Of a DNA stretch of 64,000 nucleotides, positions 1-8,995 are shown piece after piece (the first letter of the stretch is position 1; each line of letters opens with the position of its first letter). A program made the translations under genes and the position numbers. The notes under the pieces are model-generated. The model had not been told where the DNA came from. It worked only from the letters and a program-made list of their open reading frames with translations, and did no database searches. The DNA is from a virus. The stretch lies in IMG/VR virus record IMGVR_UViG_3300008265_000001, one strand, 5' to 3'.

Positions 1-492
1 CAAGATTTTGCAGCTAATTATTTTGATAGTCCTCAGTACCACGCAGACAACTTAATTCGAGAGGCTGCTAGTATCACTGGCAATCCTTTGTTGCAAGGTA
101 TTACGGATAATCCTCTTGACAGACTCACCCCAGCCCAGCAAGCTGAAGTGCAGAAAAGGAGAGGTATTGCCCGATATTCTAGAGGTGCAAGTAAAGTTGC
201 CAATTTCTTTGACCCGATAGTAGCTCCAAGTTTAGCTGTAGGCGGAACACTTTACGGAATTTACACAAAGAAAAAAGCTGCTGAACAACAAGAGGAAGTT
301 TTTCAAGCTCAGAAACTAGCTGCACTCGATGCAATCAAAGATAAACAACTTCGTAGAGGCTTGTTGAATAGGGCGCAAAATACGTTTATTGATGAGGATT
401 CTAAAAATAGAATTATCGATAGTGCTTTTCGAGGTGATGTACATGGAGCTTTGAGAACTGGGTTAAAACGCGCTAATTGGGGTGCTGTATAA
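1..492 (+). CDS. 3' part of a CDS that runs off the left edge; hypothetical virion-module protein (QKRR..ANF motif plus Gly-zipper hydrophobic segment)
   Basis: The frame of ORF 88..492 stays open back to nt 1. Contains AEVQKRR...SKVANFFDPIVAPSLAVGGTLYGIY, resembling 517..2241, 23068..23559 and 46450..47217. Confidence 0.5.
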   Translation, partial: QDFAANYFDSPQYHADNLIREAASITGNPLLQGITDNPLDRLTPAQQAEVQKRRGIARYSRGASKVANFFDPIVAPSLAVGGTLYGIYTKKKAAEQQEEVFQAQKLAALDAIKDKQLRRGLLNRAQNTFIDEDSKNRIIDSAFRGDVHGALRTGLKRANWGAV

Positions 493-516
493 TGTTTCGT
501 ATAAAGGTAAGTAACT

Positions 517-2241
517 ATGTCTAAATTTTCTCGTAAACAAGACTCTATCTACATAGAATTTAAAGATTCTTACGACAAAGCAGTAGCTGATTTTGCACTT
601 CTTTCTGCCGTGCCTAACGCAGTGAAAATCGGTGCAGGTGTTGGCGGCGGACTCGGACTGTTACAAGGTGCTGGCATATTTGAGTCGGATGCAGAAAAGA
701 AGGCTACTAATGTAGGTAATCGTTTAGGTAAAGTACTGACAAGCTCTACTGTAGGGGCTGGACTTGGCGCTGGTGCTGGGTATGGAGTCAATCGCTATCA
801 GTCTGTTGTTGCTCCTCAAAAAGAGTTGCAACGTAGAGAAGCTGTTGTAGCTCAACATGAAGCTGCAAATCCTCGCGGAGTCCGTAAAGCCGTTAAAAGA
901 GTTGGTAAAGAAGTAGAAGCCGTAAAAAATAAAGTTCAAGAAGTTGTAGCACCTAATCTTGACCAAAGAGAAGCTAGAATGGCGGAAGAGTTATTACGTC
1001 AATCTACACGCCCTGAGCCAACACCATTGATTGACCAAGCGATTAACAAAGGTAAACAAGATATAGAAACTACTAAGCAATTTTTTGGTGGTTTACTTGG
1101 TAAGGTCAGAATGAGAAAAGAAACAGGTGGAGGTATCCCGCCCAACACAGTAAACGTAAATTCAACCACAGAGCTAAGTAAAATGATTCGCAAATCCGCT
1201 AATTTCCAAGACCCAGCTACAATTCAACGCTTAATCCAACATGGCAGCACATATATCCCTCAAAATAATACTGGAGTTGTCAGCCTTGAATCTACCTTGC
1301 GCGGCAAGATGCAGAAAAAGAAGCTAAGGGAACCTAAAGTACCTGCAAGTATGGGTGTTAAGGAAATCAACTCGATGATTGAATCTGGCAAACCAGTAGG
1401 CAAGTATTTTAATAAAACTATTCGCAAATCTGCAAACTTCCTCAAGCGGCAACAACAAGCTGAGTTTGGTATTGGCGACCAAATTAATAAAGGTCTTGTA
1501 TCTGCTGGTAAGCTCATCACGCAACCCGCAGCAAAGACATTGAGAAAAGCTGCAACTAAAGCTGGTGGTGGTAATCTAGCTTCTGTAACTGGTAATCGTA
1601 TTGTTGCTGGTCTTCCTTTCGGTATTGCCGACAAAGTTAATTATGGTGCTGCCAAGGCTGCTGTAGGCACTCACGATGCACTACAAGGCGCTGCTAAGGT
1701 GCTTGACACTGACAAAGCTGCTAAATACGCTGCAATTGGTGTTGGCGGTACTGCACTTGCTGGTGGCGGTCTACTTGCTGCTAGTGCTTTGAAAAAGAAA
1801 CAAGAAGATGAAGCGCGTTACAGTAAAAACATTCGCAAGTCTGCATCATTCGGAATTATTCCTACTAACTTGCTTCAAGGCGCTCAAAAGGCTGCTGCTG
1901 GTACTACAAAACGTTTTGCAAGCACTTCTCCTCTCATTAATGCGGCTAATGTAGGCACTGCTGTAGGTGCTGGTCTAGGCGCACTTGAAGGTTCTGGTAT
2001 TAACGAGACTGAAGAGCAGCGAAGAAGTACAGGTTTGGTCGGTCGTGCTGGTAAGGTACTTGGTATGACAGGATTAGGCGCTGGTGTTGGTCGTGGAATT
2101 GGTTCTGTTGCTGGTGCGGGGGTCAATCGTTATCAAGCTAATCAACGTCTACAAAATCGCCGCAAGGATAATCCTGACGCATTCAAAAACCCCAGAAAAG
2201 TTCCACAATCAATCGATATACAACAAGACGGGTTCGACTAA
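517..2241 (+). CDS. 574-aa Gly-zipper / IRKSANF-repeat protein; possible internal virion or ejection protein
   Basis: Long ORF. The N- and C-terminal ~65-aa Gly-rich modules are duplicates, both ending in GVNRYQ. There are three copies of xK-x-IRKSA(N/S)F. Confidence 0.7.
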   Translation: MSKFSRKQDSIYIEFKDSYDKAVADFALLSAVPNAVKIGAGVGGGLGLLQGAGIFESDAEKKATNVGNRLGKVLTSSTVGAGLGAGAGYGVNRYQSVVAPQKELQRREAVVAQHEAANPRGVRKAVKRVGKEVEAVKNKVQEVVAPNLDQREARMAEELLRQSTRPEPTPLIDQAINKGKQDIETTKQFFGGLLGKVRMRKETGGGIPPNTVNVNSTTELSKMIRKSANFQDPATIQRLIQHGSTYIPQNNTGVVSLESTLRGKMQKKKLREPKVPASMGVKEINSMIESGKPVGKYFNKTIRKSANFLKRQQQAEFGIGDQINKGLVSAGKLITQPAAKTLRKAATKAGGGNLASVTGNRIVAGLPFGIADKVNYGAAKAAVGTHDALQGAAKVLDTDKAAKYAAIGVGGTALAGGGLLAASALKKKQEDEARYSKNIRKSASFGIIPTNLLQGAQKAAAGTTKRFASTSPLINAANVGTAVGAGLGALEGSGINETEEQRRSTGLVGRAGKVLGMTGLGAGVGRGIGSVAGAGVNRYQANQRLQNRRKDNPDAFKNPRKVPQSIDIQQDGFD

Positions 2242-2264
2242 CCCCTTACGGGAAAAAGCCATAA

Positions 2265-2298
2265 ATAATGCCATGCTGAGAAATTAGTGTGGCATTAT
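2265..2298 (+). terminator. hairpin after the 574-aa gene (9-bp stem ATAATGCCA/TGGCATTAT, 16-nt loop)
   Basis: Perfect inverted repeat read directly; the downstream T-run is weak. Confidence 0.3.
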
Positions 2299-2330
2299 TA
2301 GTTTAATCCTAAAAAACGAAAATAATAGAA

Positions 2331-3206
2331 ATGGATGACGAACAAGATTTAGGCTCTCAAGAAGCGGGTGTGGAAGGAGAAGGTCAGGCGACCGAACTCA
2401 ATCCAACCAATGCTTTTGGCGAATTACTTCTAGACTTAATTGAAGCCCAATATGAAGGTGACATTGATGCTGGTGTTCAAGCTCTCGTTCAGTCTACTGG
2501 CTTGAGTGAAGAAGATGTAACTGGCTACATTAGCGGCGAAAATATCGTTGATAATGTCGAAGATTTGGAAGCAATGATTTCTGCATTCCCTGATGCCACC
2601 GAAGAAGACTTAGACAAACTTATCGAAGTTGCTGACGGTGTACTGGAACAAGACCGTCAAGCTCTAGAAGCACAATATGAAACTGAAGGAACTGAAGGAG
2701 AAGAAGACCCAGTGACACAACAAGGCGCAGACTATGCGGCTGCTTATAATCCCGCAATCCAAGCAAACTTTAATAAAAGTGTAGCTGCTGAGATTCAACG
2801 AGTTCGTGCAGAAAACGAAGCTCTACACGCTAACTTTGCTCAGGCTCAATTTGAAGCACAACTATCGCAAGCGTTAACCGACTTAAACGCCCGTATTAGC
2901 CAAGATGTTGTAGACGGTGTTATCACCCCTGCAATGAAGGAAGCTCTTATCGGTAATTTTGCTGACCCTCGCCAACGAGTAGCACAATTCACTGGCATTG
3001 CTCAAACTAACGGTGCGCGTGATTTGCAAGAACAACTCAATATGTCGGAGTTTGCGTACAGCTTACTTCGTAATGTTGCTAATGTTACTCAGTTCACCGA
3101 TTTCTCCGTGAGTGCTGAAGAAGTTGCAACTGCTAATTTCTCGGCTAGCCTCGAAGAAGCTGCTAAGGGCGACCTTGTGGCTATGGGTCTGGATTTCGGA
3201 CTATAA
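2331..3206 (+). CDS. acidic protein, scaffolding-protein candidate
   Basis: 291 aa, D/E/Q/A-rich and helical-looking, located just upstream of the capsid-candidate genes; four xANF motifs. Confidence 0.45.
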   Translation: MDDEQDLGSQEAGVEGEGQATELNPTNAFGELLLDLIEAQYEGDIDAGVQALVQSTGLSEEDVTGYISGENIVDNVEDLEAMISAFPDATEEDLDKLIEVADGVLEQDRQALEAQYETEGTEGEEDPVTQQGADYAAAYNPAIQANFNKSVAAEIQRVRAENEALHANFAQAQFEAQLSQALTDLNARISQDVVDGVITPAMKEALIGNFADPRQRVAQFTGIAQTNGARDLQEQLNMSEFAYSLLRNVANVTQFTDFSVSAEEVATANFSASLEEAAKGDLVAMGLDFGL

Positions 3207-3221
3207 GGAGCAAAAAACACA

Positions 3222-4130
3222 ATGTATTTAACAACTCAAAAATTTATTCGTAACGGTAAGGCAATCATTTTTAACGCCGCAGCTAAGAAAGTTGCAATTG
3301 ATGGTGTTGAAATTAAGAGCGCTGATGTCCAACTCGACTCTTTAGGTGTCGCTTCGATTCCTGAAGGTTCTTTTATCGCTACTACTGGCACTTCTGGCGA
3401 AAGAGTTGCCCGTTTTCTCCCTCGCACTCGCCTAAACGCTGCTACTGCTACTAACTCTCCTACAATTCAATTGAAAAGCCCTTGCGCTCAATTCAAGGTT
3501 GGTGATGTACTGTACGCTAAGCATTGCCACGCTAAAGTCAAGTTTATTGGCACTTTTGCAACTGGCGACATCATCACTGCCAAAATTGCTGGTGTAACTT
3601 ACTCTGCAACTGTAGGAGCTACTCAGACTGGTGCTGGTGCTGCTGCTGATTTCGCAACTGCTAACGCTGCTGCTCTATTGACTGCTGGTATTACCTTCGC
3701 TCAAGTTGGTTCCACTGCTGTTGCTACCATTTATGCTAACGATAGCTATAATGTGTATTTCGCTACCTCTGGTGCTGCTGGTCAAGTTGTTGTTGAAACT
3801 ACTGAAGCTGGTTACTTAGGTGACAATCTCACTCCTTTAGGTACGATTCTCGCTATCGGTGCTGAAAATGCTACTACTGGTGTTCGCTCGGTAACTTTGG
3901 CGGCGAATGCGGCTCAAGCTTTACCTATTAACTCTATTGTTGGTATCAATGTCGAAGAAGTCCTTGGCTTGTACCCTGACCCTGTAGACCTCACTAACGA
4001 GCCTGTGCGCCATTTTGCAGTTATCAGTGAAATCGCTGGTATCTACCAAAATAATCTGCCATACATCGATTTACAGTTGAAGCGTTTGTTTGGTTTGCAC
4101 TTGCATATTAAGCCATACTTCAACAAATAA
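3222..4130 (+). CDS. Ala/Thr/Gly-rich head protein (decoration-like position; could instead be a capsid protein)
   Basis: 302 aa. Strongest SD in the block (TAAGGAG about 10 nt upstream). Sits between the scaffold-like and capsid-like genes, matching the lambda Nu3-D-E order. Confidence 0.4.
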   Translation: MYLTTQKFIRNGKAIIFNAAAKKVAIDGVEIKSADVQLDSLGVASIPEGSFIATTGTSGERVARFLPRTRLNAATATNSPTIQLKSPCAQFKVGDVLYAKHCHAKVKFIGTFATGDIITAKIAGVTYSATVGATQTGAGAAADFATANAAALLTAGITFAQVGSTAVATIYANDSYNVYFATSGAAGQVVVETTEAGYLGDNLTPLGTILAIGAENATTGVRSVTLAANAAQALPINSIVGINVEEVLGLYPDPVDLTNEPVRHFAVISEIAGIYQNNLPYIDLQLKRLFGLHLHIKPYFNK

Positions 4131-4148
4131 CGGAGAAATATAAAAAAA

Positions 4149-5399
4149 ATGGCAACAATGTCCCCTATTGAAGCTTTCTTAAAAGAAGCACGTGCTGCTA
4201 AAGCGGCTGACTTGGTTATCAACAATACTCTTCGTCAGACCAAAGAACGCAGCAAAGTTCTCAACACTTATGTACCTTTGATTGAAAAGACAGGTCGTGA
4301 CTGGCTTGCTTACATCGGTACAACCGTTGACCCCATTGCATCTTTGGTTGCCACTGGTCAAGATTACCCTGAAGCGAAAAAAGGCGACTTCTCTCGCATT
4401 CAAGCTCGTAACTTCAAAGCAGCAACTTCGTATCACTGGGATGAAGATACCCAATGGCGTATGCAAGAAGTTAGTGAAATCGCTAAGCTCCGCAACATCA
4501 CCATCCAGAACATCCAAGTTTCTGAAGGTAAAGTACAGTTGGGTCAAGATAACGAATTGGCTAAGGTCATTTTCGGTTCAGTAGCTTCTCTTGTACGTGG
4601 TCACATCAACTTGATTGACTATCTTGCTTGGCAGACTCTTCAAACTGGTAAGATGGCGTATACCGACCGTCGTACAGGTTTGAACGTTTCACTTGACTGG
4701 CGCAAGGCAATGCCCGTCCGCCGCAATATGTTCCCTCAGCCAGTTTATCAAACGGATTACAACGGAACTGAAACTGTTGATAGCTTGAAGCGCGATTGGA
4801 CTCAGCATGAAACTGCTGACCCTTTACAAGACCTTGTAGATATGCACTCGAACTACAAATGGGTTAATGGCTTCCCTGCTGACGAGATTGCTATCTCGGA
4901 GCGTTTGCTTCTGAACATGGTTCGCTGTAAGTCTGTTAAAGAGGCTGTAGTTGCTGCTAATGTTCTAGGCAATGTCATTACTGGCACTCCTAGCATTGAC
5001 CAAGTTAACGAAGTCATGACTCGTAGATTCCTTCCTAAGTTCGTATTGGTTGACGACTATGTTGAACTAACTGACAACGAAGGAAAATCTGTCCCTACTC
5101 GCGTACTAGATGAAGGTACTGTCGTTTTCTTAAGCCGTCAAGGTCAATTTAATCGTATTTTGGGCGGTACTTTAGAAAATGGTGGGCGCAGTGGCGTGTA
5201 CGTCAATACTTACACCAAAGCTGGCGACCCGCCTCTTTCCATCACGAACACTGCTTCAATGCAGTTGATTTCGGCTCCTACTATAGGTCGCACTGGAAGT
5301 GCCAGACGTTTTGCGAAATTGGCTAACTTGGAAAGTTCAGTAAATCTTGCTGAATTTACTACCTTCAACTCTGCTGACGGACTCACTGTAATCTCCTAA
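4149..5399 (+). CDS. major capsid protein candidate (HK97-fold / gpE-like)
   Basis: 416 aa, positioned after the scaffold/decoration-like genes and followed by a strong terminator. Resemblance judged by eye only. Confidence 0.55.
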   Translation: MATMSPIEAFLKEARAAKAADLVINNTLRQTKERSKVLNTYVPLIEKTGRDWLAYIGTTVDPIASLVATGQDYPEAKKGDFSRIQARNFKAATSYHWDEDTQWRMQEVSEIAKLRNITIQNIQVSEGKVQLGQDNELAKVIFGSVASLVRGHINLIDYLAWQTLQTGKMAYTDRRTGLNVSLDWRKAMPVRRNMFPQPVYQTDYNGTETVDSLKRDWTQHETADPLQDLVDMHSNYKWVNGFPADEIAISERLLLNMVRCKSVKEAVVAANVLGNVITGTPSIDQVNEVMTRRFLPKFVLVDDYVELTDNEGKSVPTRVLDEGTVVFLSRQGQFNRILGGTLENGGRSGVYVNTYTKAGDPPLSITNTASMQLISAPTIGRTGSARRFAKLANLESSVNLAEFTTFNSADGLTVIS

Positions 5400-5427
5400 T
5401 CTTAGTTATTTTAACTAAAAAGAAAAT

Positions 5428-5462
5428 CCCTCTTTAGAAGTATATTCTTTAGGGGGTTTTTT
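5428..5462 (+). terminator. rho-independent terminator after the capsid candidate
   Basis: Stem CCCTCTTTAGAA...TTCTTTAGGGGG with a mismatch bubble, followed by TTTTTT. Confidence 0.6.
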
Positions 5463-5470
5463 GTTATACT
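5462..5470 (+). promoter_or_regulatory. extended -10 (TGTTATACT) upstream of the GIY-YIG/AP2 gene
   Basis: TGnTATAcT match. The same 9-mer drives both other GIY-YIG genes. Confidence 0.4.
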
Positions 5471-5556
5471 AAAAATAAGCGAATAGAGATTGCAACTCGA
5501 AAAGGTCTGGTAGCCCTGTCGCTTTTTAAATTTACCAATCTTACCAGTAAAAATTT

Positions 5557-6705
5557 ATGTCTATTCAACAATACCCCTCGACCCAAGGTATCTATAAAAT
5601 TACCAATACCACAAACAACAAATTCTATATTGGGAGCAGCAAACAACTAAATAAACGAATTATTGACCACTTTTCAAGACTAAGGAACAATACACATAAA
5701 AATAAGTTCTTGCAAAGAGCTTTTAACAAATACGGCGAATCTTCTTTTAAAATAGAGATTCTAGAACAGTTTGTTGGTCTGACACAAGAAGAATTACTAA
5801 CTAAAGAGCAACACCATCTTGATTTAATCGAGAATTGGAGAGAATCTTACAATCAAACACGTAGTACAAAATACTTCGGGAAAATTTTACCTGAAGAATA
5901 TGAAAGAAAACAAAATAAAATTGCATCGGTAACTGGAGAAAATAATCCTTTTTATGGTAAAACTCATACTGAACGAGTAAGGAAAATTCTTTCAGAATCT
6001 AATTTTAAAAGTGGCAGCAATGTAACCAAGAAAAAAGACGGGACTTTTGAAGTAAAAATAAAAAGGTCTATTTACATAGGCTCTTTTAAGACCTATGAAG
6101 AGGCTCTAAACTACAGATTGCTTGCGGAACGATATTATTATGATAATGACGAATCAGTAAAACCTTTACTAGATGCAGTAAAAAGGGTTAGAGACTTACC
6201 TAGAGGAGTACTATTTAGAGATGGTAAGTATGTAGCTAAGATTACTTGGAATAAACGTCAGTACCAATTGGGTACTTTTAATACGCCTGAAAAAGCTTCT
6301 CAAGTATATCAAAATGCCGAGAAATACATTAATGAAGGTTGCGAAGAATTTTCCTATTTATTAACAATTAAACAGCCTCACCCATATCCTACAGGTGTGT
6401 GCCTGAAATCTAATGGTAGATTTTCAGTAACTATTGTTGTAAATAGTAAGCAACTTCGTGTTGGAAGCTCTACTACTTTAGAAGAAGCTGTCGATATTCG
6501 TAAAAAAGCCGAAGATTATTATTACAATAATGACCAAACTTTTGCGGCTATGTTTAACAAACCTAAAAAAGAATTACCGAAAGGTATTCGAGAAGTGAGA
6601 GGGTCTTACACGGCTGACTTTAATAAAAAGAGGCTAGGCACATTTAAGACTATACAAGAGGCAATCGCAGCTAGACTAGCCGCCGAGCAATCTCTGCTAT
6701 CATAA
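5557..6705 (+). CDS. free-standing GIY-YIG homing endonuclease with one NUMOD3-like motif and four AP2-like DNA-binding repeats
   Basis: N-terminus GIYKITN...KFYIGSS...R..H...N; NPFYGKTHTERVRKIL. Four repeats of the type GV...g.y.A.I....k...lGtF.T.eeA...Y..ae.yy. Confidence 0.8.
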   Translation: MSIQQYPSTQGIYKITNTTNNKFYIGSSKQLNKRIIDHFSRLRNNTHKNKFLQRAFNKYGESSFKIEILEQFVGLTQEELLTKEQHHLDLIENWRESYNQTRSTKYFGKILPEEYERKQNKIASVTGENNPFYGKTHTERVRKILSESNFKSGSNVTKKKDGTFEVKIKRSIYIGSFKTYEEALNYRLLAERYYYDNDESVKPLLDAVKRVRDLPRGVLFRDGKYVAKITWNKRQYQLGTFNTPEKASQVYQNAEKYINEGCEEFSYLLTIKQPHPYPTGVCLKSNGRFSVTIVVNSKQLRVGSSTTLEEAVDIRKKAEDYYYNNDQTFAAMFNKPKKELPKGIREVRGSYTADFNKKRLGTFKTIQEAIAARLAAEQSLLS

Positions 6706-6727
6706 ATACATCTACACTTATACAAAT

Positions 6728-7255
6728 ATGATTAACAAGCAACCAGCCCGTCGTTATCGTATCTTCCCAGCCTATGTCAATGGTGAAGGTCACACTGTTC
6801 CAGCAGGAGAATATTACGAATATGAAATTAACCTAAATGAAGCTCGTCAACGCAGTACTGCAATTCTAGTAAATGCCAGTGAGTTCCAGACCATCACTCC
6901 CACAAATCCCTCTCCCGACATCTCATTCATCCCTAGTAATGACCTAACCTTCGACAACACAACCACAATTCACACAGTCAAAAAGCTGAAAATCAACTCC
7001 TGTTCAGCATCCGAAATCGAAGCTCTCAAGTTCGTTGGCAAAGTAGCAACCCAAAAAATCGTCGAAGCTCGTAAAGATGCTAAGATTGAATCATACGCGC
7101 AACTAGACAAGATTGCTCCACTCAAGAGCAAAAAATGGGAAGACATCGCCGTTATCGACTTTGAACTGCCCGACCCCACTCATGGTCTAGTATACGAAGG
7201 ACTCAAGACATTCGGCTACACCGCAGAAACTACAAATGGAAAATCAGCTAACTAA
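6728..7255 (+). CDS. hypothetical protein with a possible helix-hairpin-helix motif
   Basis: 175-aa ORF; ASEIEALKFVGKVATQKIVEARKD...QLDKIAPL resembles a ComEA-type HhH. Confidence 0.45.
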   Translation: MINKQPARRYRIFPAYVNGEGHTVPAGEYYEYEINLNEARQRSTAILVNASEFQTITPTNPSPDISFIPSNDLTFDNTTTIHTVKKLKINSCSASEIEALKFVGKVATQKIVEARKDAKIESYAQLDKIAPLKSKKWEDIAVIDFELPDPTHGLVYEGLKTFGYTAETTNGKSAN

Positions 7256-7766
7256 CCCACTCTCAGGGCAAAAAATGAAGCAAGGGGCAATGAAGCCGAT
7301 GTTCGGTGAACGTTTGCCCCAAGCTCGTCCCAATGCGACCAACAAAAAAAGTGGCGGTTTCACAGCACCCGTAGTCAAGCGCCGCAAAGGTGTAATCTCA
7401 GCAGGTATGGGCAAGAACATGACATTCGCATTTATGAACACTAATCTCGCTTCCTTCAGTTCGGCTCACACCTCATCCTCTTTTTCTGCCTCGGAGCGTA
7501 GCGGAGTAGCCGAATTTCTCAACTTGACAGGTCGCCAACGCTATTACAGCATCGATGACATTCCCGATGATGAGCTAGCAAACATGACTGACCAAGAAAT
7601 CAACGAAGCAATCCACCGTCAGCAAGAGGTGGAAGCCAAAAACAAAATCCGCGAGAGTGCCAATGCCAGAGCCAACTACCGAGCCAAGCTAGATACATTC
7701 CGCGAAGGAAAGTCTGCCATTCGCCAAGGTTATCTTCCTTATGTCGGGAAACTACTCTATGGATAA
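7236..7766 (+). CDS. hypothetical basic protein
   Basis: 176-aa ORF overlapping the upstream gene by 20 nt, on the same strand as the head-tail block. Confidence 0.45.
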   Translation: MENQLTNPLSGQKMKQGAMKPMFGERLPQARPNATNKKSGGFTAPVVKRRKGVISAGMGKNMTFAFMNTNLASFSSAHTSSSFSASERSGVAEFLNLTGRQRYYSIDDIPDDELANMTDQEINEAIHRQQEVEAKNKIRESANARANYRAKLDTFREGKSAIRQGYLPYVGKLLYG

Positions 7767-7769
7767 ACC

Positions 7770-8471
7770 ATGAAATACGCAAATCTTCAATCACTTACAC
7801 GCAAGCTGAAAGGTCGCCTTGAAGTTGTACAACAAGAGACATCTGGCATCACTGGTATTGCCACTCAAGAGATTGACACTGAGACTGTTGAGATGCTTGT
7901 AGACGAAGTTGAGTTAGGTGACATCGACACGTATCTTCAAATGATTTATGTGTTCCCTCTCAAACTGACCGAGGCATCAACTGTCAACTACCTAAAGATG
8001 ATTTCGGAAGACATCGCAATTGCGAAAATCATTGACTTCAAATTTCCTCGTCAGACCGACGGAGAAGCTAACAACGATGGATTTAGCCAAGTAACACTAC
8101 AACGTGGCTTGGACAAGCTACAATCGCTATTTGCGGGTACTGGTATCTTCGTAGCTGGTGCAAACGCAGCACTTCAAGCTATTCAAAACGACCCGAACGC
8201 CCCACAACAACAAAATAGAAATATTGTATTAGCAGGAGAAGAATTAAAACCCTTTATTGGTTACGACCTCAACAACGATGGTACAAGCGATACAGATATT
8301 TTTAAAAAGAATCTCAACATTGAGCCTAGTTTTTATTGTGCTGAGGACTTCAATGATGTTGTTGGTACTAATGATAGCGACTTTATCGTAGACGGAGTAC
8401 AAACCCGCCGCGCTCGATACATTGCTCCTTCTGGGAATCTCCGAAATCAAGACACAATTAGCTTCTGGTAG
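7770..8471 (+). CDS. hypothetical protein (head-tail connector region by position)
   Basis: 233-aa ORF, tightly packed (3-nt gaps on both sides). Confidence 0.5.
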   Translation: MKYANLQSLTRKLKGRLEVVQQETSGITGIATQEIDTETVEMLVDEVELGDIDTYLQMIYVFPLKLTEASTVNYLKMISEDIAIAKIIDFKFPRQTDGEANNDGFSQVTLQRGLDKLQSLFAGTGIFVAGANAALQAIQNDPNAPQQQNRNIVLAGEELKPFIGYDLNNDGTSDTDIFKKNLNIEPSFYCAEDFNDVVGTNDSDFIVDGVQTRRARYIAPSGNLRNQDTISFW

Positions 8472-8473
8472 CC

Positions 8474-8956
8474 ATGTTCATAGACCGTCCCACTTACCCT
8501 ATTGACTTCAAGTTTCCTGACATAGACCTTCAGACAATTGCGGCGTACATTAGGAATGAGGTTAATATCACCTTTAGTACGGCTCTAGGCGGCAAATCAG
8601 CTATTTCCAGCTACACAGTAGACAATACCAACAAACTGCCTCTGGGGACGAATATCTACCCACTTCTGAAGATATTTCGTAATGAAGAGTCCACACTATT
8701 CCCAATCGGTGCTGGTGATGTAGTTAGTCTCACGATTGCTTACGTTCTAGCCTATAGCGCCAAGGACACAGCTTCAGGACTGACTTTCCATGTAGCCAAA
8801 GAAATCAAACGCATACTTCAAAACAGCGAAGTTGATGACAATATACCTTTCACTATTGACAAAGAGCAAGGTATTACTATCAAATACGAATCCGCCACAA
8901 CTACTGACCTCATCTACGACTACGCCAAGATAAATTGTGCTGTTTTCGCATACTGA
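8474..8956 (+). CDS. hypothetical protein (head-tail connector region by position)
   Basis: 160-aa ORF, tightly packed. Confidence 0.5.
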   Translation: MFIDRPTYPIDFKFPDIDLQTIAAYIRNEVNITFSTALGGKSAISSYTVDNTNKLPLGTNIYPLLKIFRNEESTLFPIGAGDVVSLTIAYVLAYSAKDTASGLTFHVAKEIKRILQNSEVDDNIPFTIDKEQGITIKYESATTTDLIYDYAKINCAVFAY

Positions 8957-8995
8957 TATAATTAAACTAAATCTTAACGTTAAGAACAAATAACC

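Noticed and set aside
570-2126. Pro/Ala-rich minus-strand ORFs (570..791, 1884..2126 and others)
   Set aside because: They are mirror images of Gly/Ala-rich codons (GGN/GCN) in the 574-aa gene.
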